This document shows positions 41,562-55,943 of a stretch of DNA of 64,000 nucleotides, piece after piece. How positions within the stretch are numbered: position 1 is the stretch's first letter; the number at the start of each line of letters is the position of its first letter. The DNA comes from the human T2T-CHM13v2.0 reference genome, Homo sapiens. A program made the position numbers and the translations under genes. The notes under the pieces were generated by a model, which was given only the letters and a program-made list of their open reading frames with translations, did no database searches and was not told where the DNA came from. Where the stretch lies: NCBI RefSeq assembly GCF_009914755.1, contig NC_060929.1. One strand, written 5' to 3'.

Positions 41562-43369
41562 CGTTACAAGTTTTTGTTCTTTAATGAAGTTTTTAGATCC
41601 CTTGTTGAGTGCAAAGATTATTTCTATTTTAAAATACTGCTGAAAATAGTGTTTCAACTATGTAAATCAAGTATTTAATTAATAATATAAAATTAAAGCA
41701 GTATAAATTGAGGAAATGATATGATGTTTTACAGTTTTAATAATAAAGACTATGTGATATAACTGTAGTTTCAATAAATATAACCTAGAAGCTACAGGCT
41801 GTTCCAAAAGCTATGTTTTGCATTTGATCAAAGACAAAATATATCAACTAGACTTAGTAAATACTATAACTGTGACAAGTTATTTATTTATATTCTGCCT
41901 ACTTAACAAAAGAATTGATAAGTGTTTATATAGGCTAGTTGTAAAAAAATAAGATGCCCCTGAACTTTGCTGTAAAAAATAAATGCCTAAAATAAAATTA
42001 CTTCCCAAAGCAAAGTTATGTAAAATATTCATAGTCAATATTATAAGTACCAGAATTTAAATATCACTTGTTAAAATTATCAGTTTTCATAGTATATAAC
42101 TGGATATCAGCTCAAGCACAATTCTGAGTTTTATTCATACTCTTGGGGGACAACAGCGAATTCACAGAAGGCTACCCAAATCCTGACCATTAAAGTAGAA
42201 AAAATTAATCTTAATAAGACATATTTTGTTATAGGTTTAATTTAATATAGTCCCCATCTCAAAGATGTTAGAAAATGTAACAAAGCAGCAAATCAGAATA
42301 AAATTAATACATAATTAATGCCTAAAGTTCCATGCCAGAATTCTCCATCATACATTTTAAAATGATATCGTTTGGTATTTATTTAAAAATAGTAAAAATG
42401 TTGAAGCACATTACTTTAGATCTTGGGAAACAAAATAGAAAAGTTTATATTATAGTTTCTCTAAACCAAACTTCCCAAATTATAAAAACTAAATATTTGG
42501 GTATAATAATTAGATTTTGGCTTGACAATAAGAATTTAGAAATCAGAAAGCGCCTTTTCAAAAATGCTGTGGGCATTTTTGCTGTTTGGGAGTCACCCTA
42601 AACATAGTCACTAACACGAGCCTCTAATCATTTGGAGTTTCTACCTTCACTCTACAAACAGCTTACTTGTGAAAAAGAGACTTGTGGACTTAGTTGCCAA
42701 CTTTCATGCCTTGCTTTGGGAAGGATCTGGGGAAAAGGACACGTACATGGTGGCAGCATAAATTAGCAAAACCATTCTAGAGTGTGGTCTAGCATTATTT
42801 ATTCCTTAATGTATATACTTCTAGACCACCATATATGACCTAAAGTTATACTAGATTCTAGTGATATATGATTTTTAAAAAACTAAGAATGTTTTTAATA
42901 ACTATGTTCTGTAACCCACAAATTCTATTTCTGCACACACAAATAGACTAGGTTAAATAAATTATGGTATCCAGATGCAAGCATTTAATAAGACGATATA
43001 TATTTTCCCTGACATGCAAAGATTTCAAGAAATATTGCTGGATTTTAAAAGAAAGTCAAAAGCAGCATGAATAATATAATCCTTTCTACATAATTATTTT
43101 ATATTTCTTACATATTCTTAAACTGGCTTGAATTTAATATCTTTATCCTTTTCAAAACAGTAAGTTAATTGCCAAATGATATGCAGGAATAAAGAGGTAA
43201 CTTCTGAGGCTTTGTGGACATGAGGTTTTTACCGTGGAAGTTGACTAAGAGACATTAAATATGTAGGAAGATAAAAGTGGAGTGCAGCTTTGGCATTGTA
43301 AGAATGATTTGGTTTAGATCAGGCAATAAAACAGCTATAAAAATCATAATAATGTATCATAAATGGGAA

Positions 43370-43600
43370 GCATTATGGCACAGGATTTGGAATCAGAGAC
43401 CTTGGTTTGAGTCTGGTTTCTGTCTTGTAATGTATGAATACAGACCAGGTTATATAATCTCTGTGATCCTATCATCTTAATAACAACATGGAGATAATGA
43501 CTTCATGGGATTGTTGGGAATATTAAATGATGTAATATATGTACAGTGCTTTATATTCTTGAGTTCAATTATTTTAATTGGTAGCTACTATTATTAAATA
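43370..43600 (+). mobile_element. MIR
   Basis: TTTGGAATCAGAGACCTTGGTTTGAGTCTGGTTTCTG...CTTCATGGGATTGTTGGGAATATTAAATGA. Confidence 0.75.
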
Positions 43601-43840
43601 CTTCTAAATCAGAAAATACATATTTGTAAAATGGTTAAGGGCTTTTTTCTTTAGTATTTTATATTCCATCTCACAACATGAGAATGTTCCCCCTTCTAAC
43701 AAAGGAGGCTCATGTTTAATCAACCTTCACAATTGGGTGTTAAGTAGAAAGGATTTCTCATGTCGCAAGGCATTTGTCAAGCCAAAATCATGCTAAGAAC
43801 CTTGAATTGCTTACCTTTGACACTAAGCAAATTGCCTTTT

Positions 43841-44153
43841 TGTTTTTTTGTTTTGTTTTGTTTTGTTTTTGAGACAAGGTCTCACTCTATCACCCAGGCC
43901 GGAGAGCAGTGGCGCAATCATAGCTCACTGCAGCCTTGAAATCCTGGGCTCAAGTGATCCTCCCACCTTAGCCTCCCAAGCAGCTAAGACTACAGGCACA
44001 TGCCACCACATCTGGCTAATTTTTTTAATTTTTAGTGGAGACGAGGTCTCACTATGTTGGCCAGGGTGATCTTGAACTCCTTAGCTCAAGTGATCTTCCC
44101 ACCTGGGCCTCACAAAGTGCTGAGATTACAGGTGTGAGCTACTGTACTCAGCC
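43841..44153 (-). mobile_element. Full-length AluJ with (TTTTG)n tail
   Basis: J-type CATAGCTCACTGCAGCCTTGAAATCCTGGGCTCAAGTGATCCTCCCACC. Confidence 0.92.
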
Positions 44154-44275
44154 CCTTTTCTTTAAATAACCCCAAATTCTCAAATTCCATTTTCTTCCTT
44201 TTATTGTGAAAATTTCGAGAAATACAAAAAAGTTGAAAGAATTTTATAGTAAACACCATTATACCTACCACCTAG

Positions 44276-44629
<354 letters not shown>

Positions 44630-44634
44630 TTCAG

Positions 44635-47600
44635 TTTTTTATCAAACTTTTTATTTTGTAAGAACTGTAGATTCACATGTAGTTGAAAGACGTAGAGAGA
44701 GCCCATGTGCCCTTTCCCAGTTTCCACCATCTTGCAAAATTATAGTAGAATATCACAAGCAGGATATTGACATTGATACAGTTGCACAGAGAACATTTCC
44801 ATCACTAGAAGGATTCTTCATGGTGTCCTTCTATATCCCACCCATTTTCCTCCCACCCCTACATCTTATTTAACCCCTGGTAACCTCTAATCTGTTCTCC
44901 ATTCCTACAATTTTATCATTTCAAGAATGCCACAGAAATAGAATCATAAGAGTATATAATTTGGGGAGACAGACTTTTTAACTCAGTGTAATTCTCTGGA
45001 GATTCATCAAGGTTGCTGCGTCTACAAATAGTCTGTACCTTTTTATTCAGTAGTATTCCATGATATGCACATACCACATTCTGTTCACCCATTCACTTAT
45101 TAAAGGACAGTTATTTCCAGGTTTTGGCTATTTTGAATAAAGCTTCTATAAATATTTGTGTATAGACTTTTGTCTTCATTTCCCGAAGACAAATGACCAG
45201 GAGTGCAATTGTTGGGTCATACGGTAGTTGCATGTTTAGTTTTTAAAGAAAGTGCCTATTTTCCAGTGACTACACTCTTTAACACTTTAACAATATATGA
45301 GTGATCCAGTTTCTTAACATCCTCAACAGCATTTGGTTTTGTGACAATCTTTTTTTACCATTCTGATTGTAGTAAAAATCTCAATTGTGGTTTTAATTTA
45401 CATTTCCCTAATGGCTAAAGACAGTGAACATCTTTTCAAGTACTTAATTTTTGTTCATCTGTATATCATCAGTGAAATGTCTATGTCATTTACGCATTTT
45501 CTAACTGGCTTGTTTTTAATTATAAAATTTCAAAGTACTTTCTATATGCGATACGTTAGTCATTTGTCAGATACATGGTTTGCAAAAATATTTTCTCCCA
45601 TTTTGTAGTTTGCCTTTTCCATCCTATTAAAAGGGTCTTTCACATAGCAAAAGTTTTTAATTTTGATGAAATCCAGTTTGTCAATTTTCCTTTTATGGAT
45701 CATGTTTTTGGTGTCAAGTCTAGAAATTACATGCCTAGCCCTAGACCCTGAAGGTTTTTCCCCCCCTAGGTTTCTTTCTACAAGTTTTATAGTTTTATGT
45801 TTTACATTTAAATCTGTGATCCTTTCTGAGTTCATTTTTATATAAGCTATGTGACAGGTTGAAGTTCACATTTTTTTGCCTATGATGTCCAATTTTTCCA
45901 GCACCATTTATTGAAAAGGCCATCTTTTCTTCATTGAATTGCATTTGCATCTTTGGCAAACTCACATAAGCATATTTACGTGAGTCTTTTCTGAGTTTCC
46001 TGTTCTGTTCCATTAATCTGTATGTCTAGTGCTCCACAAATGCCAGACAGTCTTCATTGCTGTAGCTACATAAAAACTCCTGAAATTGAGTAAATGTATT
46101 CCCCCAACTTCACTATTTTTTAAAATTGTTTAGTTCTTTTGACTTTCCATGTAAGTCTTAGAATAGTCTTATCTATATCTACAAAAAACTTTCTGAGATT
46201 TTGATAGAAATTGCATTAAACCCATGTATCAATTTGGGGAGAAATTACATGTCTCCTATGTGGCTTCCAATCCATCAGCAAAGTACATCTTTCCATTTAT
46301 TTAGCTCTTTGATTTTCAAGGCTTGTATAATTTCTGGCATACAATCCCTATACAAGTTTTCATTGGTTTACTTCTTTATTTTTTAAAGTGAATGTAAATT
46401 GTATTGTGTTCTTAATTTTGGTGTCCACATGCTCATTGCTAGTATACAGAAATACAATCGAGTTTTGTATGTTTATCTTTTATCCTAAAGTCTTGCTTAC
46501 TAGTTCTAGAAATGTTTTTATACATTCCTTAGGATATTTCACATAAACAATTCGGTCATCTGTAAATAGGGGCAGTTTCATTTATTCCCTTCCAATCTGT
46601 ATGCCTTTATTACTTTATCTGGCCAACTGCACTGGCTAGAACTTCCAGTACTATATTAAGAGTGGTGAGAGCAGATATCCTTACCTTGTTCCTGGTCATA
46701 ATGAAAAAAACATTCAATCTATCATCATTAACTATAATGTCAGTGGCAGTATTTTTTTGTAGATACTCTTCATCAAGTTGAGAAAGTTCCTGTCTATTTC
46801 TGTCTTTCTGCAAGTAATTTTTATTATTAATGGATATTAAATTTTGTCAAATGCTTTTTTGACAACTGATATGATCATGTGATCTTTTGATTTTTGAATA
46901 CCAAACCAGCCTTGAATCCCGGGAATAAATTCCAGTTGGCCATAGTGCATGATTCTTTTTATATGGTCCTGAATTCTATTTGCTCACATTTGTAAAGGAT
47001 TCATTGGGAACACTGTTCTACAGCTTTACTTCTTTGAAGTGTATTTTTTTCTGATTTTGCTCATCAGGGTAATATTAACTTTATAAAATGAATTGGGAAA
47101 TGTTTCCTTCTGTTCTAGTTTCTGGAAAATATTGTCTAGAATTGGCATTGATTCATCTTAAAATGTTTGGTAGAATACTCCAGTGAAACTATGTGGACCT
47201 GGAGATTTATTTTGGGGGATTTTTTTTTTAAATTATCGATGCAATTTCCTTAATAAGTATAGTGCTGCTAAACTTAGCTGTTTTGTATTGGATAAGTTGT
47301 GGTAGCTTGTGTTTTTCAAGGAAGTGGTCTCCTTCATCTAAATTGTCAAATTTATGTGTGTAGAATTGTTTATTGTATTTCTTTATTATCTTTCCATGTG
47401 TGCAAGGTCGGTAGTAATATCTCGTTTCATTCCTGACATTGGCAATTTGTATCTTATCTCGTTCTTTGTCAGTATTGCTAGAGGTCTGTCAATTTTATTG
47501 ATCTTTTCAAAGAACCAGCTCTTGGCTTCATTGACTTTGTTGTTTACTGTTTTCAATTTCATTGATTTCTGATATTATCTTTATAATTTCTTTCCGGCCA

Positions 47601-49447
47601 GGCGTGGTGACTGACGCCTATAATCCCAGCACTTTGGGAGGCTGAGGCAGGCGGATCATGAGGTCAGGAGTTCGAAACCAGCCTGGCCAGCATGGTGAAG
47701 CCCTGTCGCTACAAAAAAATACAAAAAATTAGCTGGGCATGGTGGTGCGCACCTGTAATCCCAGCTACTTGGGAGGCTGGGTCAGGAGAATCACTTGAAC
47801 CCAGGAGGCAGAGGTTTCAGTGAGCTCAGATCGCACCACTGCACTCCAGCCTGGGCGATAGAGCAAGACTCTGTCTCAAAATAATAATAATAATAATAAC
47901 AATAATAATTTCTTTCCTTCTGCTAGTGTTGGCTTTACACTGCTCTTCTTTTTCTAGCGTCTTGATATAGAAGCTTAGCTTTTTGATTTAAAAATTTCCC
48001 TCTTTTCTAATATCTGCACTTAACAATATAAATTTCCTCTTAGCACTATTTTAGCAGTTTTCTAATACCAAATTTAGAAAATTGTATTTTGTATTTTCAT
48101 GTCAATTTAGTCCAATATATTTTTTCAAATTATTTCTCTTGTGACTTCCTCTTTCACCTATGAATTATTTAGAAGTCTTTTCTGTTTCCAAGTGTTTGGA
48201 GAATTTTCTGATATCTTTCTGGTTTTGATTTCCAGTTTGAGTCCACTGTGGTCAGACAATACAATCCATATGATTTTAATTCTTTTAAATTTGAAGTTTG
48301 TTTTATGGCTCGGGATATAGTGTGTTTTGGCATGTGCGACATGGTTACTTGAAAAGAATGTGAAATACTGTTCTTGGTTGGAGTGTTCTATAAAAATCAA
48401 TTAAATCTGTTGGTTGATAGTGTTATTGAGATCATTTGTTTCCTTGCTGATATTTTCTAATTGTTCTACCAATTGTTGAGAGAGGAGTGCTGATGTCTCC
48501 AACTACAACTGTAGATTTATCTTTCTCCTTTCAATTTTACCAGTTTTTGCTTCACATATTTTCCTGCTCTGTTGTTTGCTGCATAAACATTTAGGATGGC
48601 TATGTCTAATGGGTGGATTGATCCTTTTATCATTACATAATGTCCTTATCTGTCTCTTGAAATTTTCTAAAATATACTTTATCTGATGTTAATGTAGCCA
48701 TTCCTGCTTTTCTATGTTTGCATGATATATCTTTTCCTATCCTTTAACTTCCAACCTGCCTATATTGTTATAGTTCAAGTGAGTTTATTAAACACAGCAT
48801 ATACTTGGGTCATGTTTTAAAATCAACTCTGTAAATCTGTATCTTTTAATTGGAATAGTTAGAGCTTTATACTTAATATAATTATTGATATGTTAGGCTT
48901 ATGTTTGCAGTTTCATTATTTTTGTTTTCTATTTGTTTTCTCTGTTTTGCATTTGTCTGTTTTCTCTTTCCTGCCTTTCTGGGGTTACATGAACATTTTT
49001 TAGAATTGTATCTTGTTTTTAAGAGTATCTCTTTATATAACTTTCTAAATGGTTGCTCTAGGTATTATCTTATATATCTATAATTTGTCACAGTTTACTG
49101 GTGGTGTCATTTGATCAGGTTGAGTGAAGTATATAAACCTTACTCCTCTTTGCATCCCTTTACTCCCCATATTTGTAATCAAATATTTCCTCTGCATATA
49201 TTTGGAACTACATCAGGCAGCATTATAATTTTTGCTTCAACCATCAAATACAATTTAGAAAACTCAAGAGGAAAATAAAATACTATTGTATTTACCCACA
49301 TGTTTGCTTACCATGTTCTTTTTGATATTGCAAAGTCCCTTCCTTTATTATTTCCTTTCTGTTTAGAAAATTTCCTTTTGCCATTCTTTTAGGGTAGGTC
49401 TCCTGGTGACAAATACTCTTACTTGTCCTTGATCTGAAAAACGTCTT
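44635..49447 (-). mobile_element. Long L1MC-type element (3' UTR and degenerate ORF2), interrupted by an Alu and an L1PA
   Basis: Minus-strand ORF fragments are L1 ORF2-like: 45560-45835 ITDLNVKHKTIKL...KLDFIKIKNFC and 48158-48400 LSDHSGLKLEI. An L1MC-type 3' end is at about 44640. Confidence 0.88.
47596..47904 (+). mobile_element. Full-length AluS (Sg-like) with (TAA)n tail, nested in L1MC
   Basis: TSD ATAATTTCTTTCC at 47583-47595 and 47905-47917. Confidence 0.95.
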
Positions 49448-51525
49448 GGATTGGGTGGGGCCAAGATGGCCAACTACAAGCAGGGGCAATGGGAGGCTAC
49501 CATGAAAAAGAACCATAATTAGCATATGAATCCTACGCTGGCAACCAAGGTATCAAGGTTCTTTCAACAGAACTGACTAGCCAGCTGGCGTTATCTATGG
49601 AGGGGAAGGAAGAGTAGTATGGTGCGGTGGTACACCTGAGAGCCACACGGGGCAGGGGAGCCACCCCTCATCCAAAAGAGGTGGCGAGTAAGTGTGCTAC
49701 CCAGCTAGGGAAACTGTGCTTTCCGCATGGAACTGTGCAACCCACAGATCAGAAGATCCCAGTCGTGAACCTACACCACGGGGACCTAGGGTCCCAACCC
49801 CAGAGTGACGCAGATTCTCAACAGCCTCTCAGCTAGAATCCGCTTAAGCCTGCCAGGTCCCCAGGGGGAGGGGTGACCAGCACCAAAGCTGCAGCTGCTT
49901 GCTGTTTAAGTCCTGTGAGCTCCCTGGGGGAGGGCCAGCAGCCAGCACTAGCACTCATAACTGCTTAACACGCTAAGCTCCCTGGGTGGGGGAAGGATGG
50001 CATCCATCTCTGTAGCTCCAGGCAGTGCTTTTCCCTTGCTGGAGCCAGGGAGGCTGGATAACTTGGTTGCAAGAGCTGTCCCCCATAGCTCAACACACCG
50101 GCTGTGGCATACTGCGGCCAGAGCACCTCTTCAGGCCTCATTCTGACCCATCCTTCCTCACTGGGTATGGCCTCCCTGCAGGAACTCCAACAACTCCAGC
50201 CAGAGGCTCAGGGACAGAACCTAGATCTCCCTGGGCCTGAGCCCCTAGGAGGAGGGGTGGCCACTGTCTCTGCAGACCAGCAGACTTAACCTTTCCTCCT
50301 AATAGTTCTGAGGAATCCAAGCAGCCCAGACAAATGGGGTTCCCCCCAGCGAAGCACACCCCTCCACCAAGGAACAGTCAAAGTGCCTCATTAAACAGAT
50401 CCTGTTCCCCATGCCACCCAACTGGGTGAGACCCTCCAACAGGGGTTGTCAGACACCCTAGAAAAGAGCGATCCTACTCGCATCATGTTGGTGTCCCTCA
50501 AGGTCAGAGATCCCAGAGGAAGGAGCAGGCAGCCATCTGTGCTGTTCTCCAGTCTCCTTGAGTGACATCTCCAGGCATGGGAGCAAAGCAGATGAAGAGG
50601 GCTTGAAGTGAACCCCCAACAAACTGAAGCAGCCCTACAGGAGAGGGACCTGACCATTGAAAGAAAAACAAACAAACAGAAAGCAACAACAACAGCATCA
50701 ACAACAACAACAGAAGTCCCCACACAAACCCCATCCAAGGGTCAGCAGTCTCAAAGACTGAAACTAGACAAACTCATGAAGATGAGAATCATCGAAAAAA
50801 TGCTGAAAACCCAAGAGGCCAGAGTACCTCTTCTCCTCCAAATGACTGCAATGCCTCTCCAGCAAGGTTACAGAACTGGGCAGAAGATGAGACGGACAAA
50901 CTGACAAAAGTAGGCTTCAGAAGATGGGTAATAAAAAACTCTGCTGAGCTAAAGGAGCATGTCCTAACCCAATGCAAAGGAGCTAAGAACCTTGATAGAA
51001 GGTTAGAGGAGCTGCTAACTAGAATACCCAGTTTAAATAGAAACATAAATGACCTGATGGAGCTGAAAAACACAGCATGAGAACTTCATGAAGCATACAC
51101 AAGTATCAATAGCTGAATCAACCAAGTGGAAGAAAGAATATCAGAGTCTGAAGGCCACCTTGCTGAAGTAAGGCATGCAGACAAGATTAGAGAAAAAAGA
51201 ATGAAAAGGACCGAACAGAGCCTCTGAGAAATATGGGACTACGTAAAAAGGCGGAACCTGGGATTGACTGGAGTACCTAAAGGAGATGAGGAGAATGGAA
51301 ACAAGCTGGAAAACATACTTCAGTACATTATCCAGGAGAAGATCCCCAACCTAGCAAGACAGGCCAACATGCAAATTCAGGAAACACTACTAAGATACTC
51401 CAAGAGAAGATCAACCCCAAGACATATAATCATCAGATTCTCCAAGGTTGAAATAAAGGAAAAAATGTTAAGGGCAGCCAGTGAGAAAGCCCAGGTCACC
51501 TACAAAGGGAAGCCCATCAGACTAA

Positions 51526-51864
<339 letters not shown>

Positions 51865-54130
51865 TATTCAACATTCTTAGAGAAAAGAATTTTCAACCCA
51901 GAATTTCATTTCCAGCCAAACTAACCTTCATAAGTGAAGGATAAATAATATCCTTTCCAGACAAGCAAATGCTGAGGGATTTTGTCACCACCAGGCCTGC
52001 CGTGCAAGAGCTCCTAAAGGAAGCTCTAAATATGGAAAGGAAAAACTGGTACCAGCTACTGCAAAATCACACCAAAATATAAAGACCAATGACACTATGA
52101 AGAAACTGCATCAACTAGTGTGCAAAATAACCAGCTAGCATCATGATGACAGGATCAAATTCACACATAACAATACTAAACTTAAATGTAAATGGGCTAA
52201 ATGCTCCAATTAAAAGACACAGACTGGCAAACTGGATAAGGAGTCAAGACCCATCAGTGGGCTGTATTCAGGAGACCCATCTCACATGCAAAGACACACT
52301 ATACAAAATAAACGGATATAGGAACATTTACCAAGCAAATGGAAAGCAAAAATAAAAGGCAGGGATTGGAATCCAAGTCTCTGACAAAACAGACTTCAAA
52401 CCAACAAAGATCAAATAAGACAAAGAAGGGCATTACATAAAGGTAAAGGGATCAATTCAACAAGAAGAGCTAACTATCCTAAATATACATATACCCAATA
52501 CAGGAGCACCCAGATTCATAAAACAAGTCCTTAGAGGCCTAGAAAGAGACTTAGACTCCCACACAATAATAATGGGAGGCTTTAACAACCCTCTGTCAAT
52601 ATTAGATAGATTAACGAGACAGAAAATTAACAAGGATATTCGGGACTTGAACTTAGCTCTGGATCAAGTGTACCTAACAGACATCAACAGAATATACCTT
52701 CTTGTTAGTGCCACATGGCACTTATTCTAAAATCGACCACAAATTGGAAGTAAAGCACTCCTCAGCAAATGCAAAAGAACTGAAATCATAACAAACATCC
52801 TCTCAGACCACAGTGCAATCAAATTAGAACTCAGGATTAAGAAACTCACTCAAAACCAAACAATTACATGGAAATTGAACAACCTGCTCCTGAATGGCTC
52901 CTGAGTAAATAATGAAATTAAGGCAGAAATCAATAAGTTCTTTGAAACCAATGAGAAAAAAGAGAATCTCTGGGGCCACAGCTAAAGCAGTGTTAAGAGG
53001 GAAATTTATAGCACTAAACGCCCACATCAGAAAGCTAGAAAGATCTCAAATAGACACCCTAACATCACAATTAAAAGAGCTACAGAGGCAAGGGCAAACC
53101 AATCCCAAACCTAGCAGAAGACAAGAAATAACTAAGATCAGAGCAGAACTGAAGAAACTAAGAGACACGAAACTCCCCCCCAAAAAATGAATGAATCCAG
53201 GAGCAGGTTTTTTGAAAAAATTAACAAAGTAGATAGACTGCTAGCTAGACTAATAAAGAAGAAAAGAGAGAAAAATCAAATCAAACAGAAAAATCAAATA
53301 TATTTGATGAAATCAAATAGAAAAAATGATATCAGTTGATATCACCACTGATACCACAGAAATACAAAATACTATCAGAGAATACTAGAAACACCTCTGT
53401 GCAAATAAACTAGAAAATCTAGAAGAAATGCATAAATTCTTGGACAGATACACCTTCCAAAGACTAAACCAAGAAGAAGCTGAATCCCTGAATAGACCAA
53501 TAACAAGTTTGAAATTGAGGCAGTGATTAATAGCCTACCAACCAAAGAAAGCCCAGGACCAGATGCATTCATAGCCCAATTCTACCAGAGGTACAAAGAG
53601 GAGCTGGTACTATCCCTTCTGAAACTATTCCAAACAATTGAAAAGGAGGGACTCCTCCCTAACTCATTTTATGAAGTCAGCACCATCCTGATAGCAAAAC
53701 TGGGAAGAGACACAACAACAAAAAAGAAAACTTCACACCCATATCCCTGATGAACATTGATACAAAAATCCTCAATAAAATAATGGCAAAGCAAATCCAG
53801 CAGCACATCACAAAACTTATCCACCACGGTCAAGGTGGCTTCATCCCTGGGATGCAAGGCTGGTTCAACATATGCAAATAAATAAATGTAATCCATCATC
53901 ACCTAAACAGAACCAAAGACAAAAAACACATGATTATCTCAATATGCTCAAAAACGGCCTTTGATAAAATTCAACATCCCTTCACATTAAAAACTCTCAA
54001 TAAACTAGATATTGATGAAACATATGTCAAAATAATAAGAGCTACTTACAACAAACACACAGGCAATATCATATTGAATGGGCAAAAGCTGGAAGCATTC
54101 CCTTTGAAAATCAGTATAAGACAAGGATGA

Positions 54131-54583
54131 GGCTGGGTGCAGTGGCTCATGCCTGTAATCCCAGGACTTTGGGAGGCTGAGGTGGGCAAATCACAAAGTC
54201 AGGAGATTGAGACCATCCTGGCTAACACATTGAAACCTCATCTCCACTAAAAATACAAAAAATTGGCCGGGTGCTGTGGCTCACACCTGTAATCCCAGCA
54301 CTTTGAGAGGCTGAGGCGGGCGGATCATGAGGTCAGGAGATCTAGACCATCATGGCTAACATGGTGAAACCCTGTCTCTTCTAAAAAAATACAAAAAAAC
54401 TAGCCGGGTCTGGTGGCGGGCTCCTGTAGTCCCAGCTACTCAGCAGGCTGAGGCAGGAGAATGGCGTGAACCTGGGAGGCGGAGCTTGCACTGAGCCGAG
54501 ATCGTGCCACTGCACTCCAGCCTAAGCAACAGAGTGAGACTTCGTCTCAAAAAAAAAAAAAAAAAAAAAAAGAAAAAAGAAAA
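54131..54583 (+). mobile_element. Trimeric AluY-like insertion (left-left-right monomers) in L1PA ORF2
   Basis: Left monomer 54131-54264, then a full dimer from 54265. TSD AAGACAAG(G/A)ATG at 54118-54129 and 54584-54595. Confidence 0.9.
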
Positions 54584-55568
54584 AAGACAAGAATGCCCTC
54601 TCTCACCACTCCTATTCAACATAGTATTGGAAGTTCTGGCCAGGGCAATCAGGCAAGAAAAAGAAATAAAGGGTATTCAAATAGGAAAAGCGGAAGATAA
54701 ATTGTTTTGGTCTGCAGATTACATGACTCTATACTGAGAAAACCCCATCATCTCAGCCCCAAAACTCCTTAAGCCACAAGCAGCTTCAGCAAAGTCTCAG
54801 GATACAAAATCAATGTGTAAAAATCAGAAGTATTCCTTTACACCAACAATAGACAGTCAAATCACGAATGAACTCCCAATCACAACTGCAACAAAGAGAA
54901 TCAAATACCTAGCAATACAGCTAACAAGGGATGTGAAGGACCTCTTCAAGGAGAACTACAAACCACTGCTCAAGGAAATAAGAGACAATACAAACAAATA
55001 GAAAAACATTCCATCATCATGAATAGGAAGAATCAATATCATGAAGTGGCCATACTGCCCAAAGTAATTTATAGATTCAATGTTACTCCCATCAAACTAC
55101 CATTGACATTCTTCACAGAATTAGAAAAACTACTTTAAATTTCATATGGAATTAAAGAAGACCCTGTATAGCCAAGACAATCCTAAGCAAAAAGAACAAA
55201 ACTAGAGGCATCATGCTACCTGAATTCAAACTAAATTACAAGGCCACAGCAACCAAAACAGCATGGTACTGGTACCAAAACAGACAAATAGACCAATGGA
55301 ACAGAACAGAGACCTCAGAAATAACACCACACATCTGCAAACATCTGATCTTCAACAAACCTGACAAAAGCAAGCAATGGGGAAAAAAATCTCCTATTCA
55401 ATAAATGGTGCTGGGAAAACTGGCTAGCTATATGCAGAAAACTGAAACTGGACCCCTTCCTTACACGTTACATAAAAATTAACTCAAGATGGATTAAACA
55501 CTTAAATGTAAAACCCAAAACCATAAAAACTCTAGAAGAAAACCTAGGTGATACCATTCAGGACATAG

Positions 55569-55706
<138 letters not shown>

Positions 55707-55888
55707 TGAGAGAAAATTTTTGCAATCTACCCAACTGACAAAGGTCTAATATCCAGAATCCACAAGAAACTTAAACAAATTTACAAGAAAAAAAACAACC
55801 CTATCAAAAAGTGGGCAAAGGATATGAACAGACACTTCTCAAAAGAAGACATTTACACAGCCAACAAACATATGAAAAAAAGCTCAAT

Positions 55889-55943
55889 AGATTGCGCCAC
55901 TGCACTCCAACCTAGACAACAGAGTGAGACTCCATCTCAGAAA
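55889..55943 (+). mobile_element. Severely 5'-truncated Alu (about 50 bp of 3' end) in L1PA ORF2
   Basis: AGATTGCGCCACTGCACTCCAACCTAGACAACAGAGTGAGACTCCATCTC, flanked by TSD AAAAAAAGCTCAA (55875-55887 and 55944-55956). Confidence 0.88.

Noticed and set aside
50138-50359. 73-aa antisense ORF in the L1 5' UTR as a possible ORF0
   Set aside because: It has a non-ATG start and does not resemble the ORF0 peptide as I recall it.
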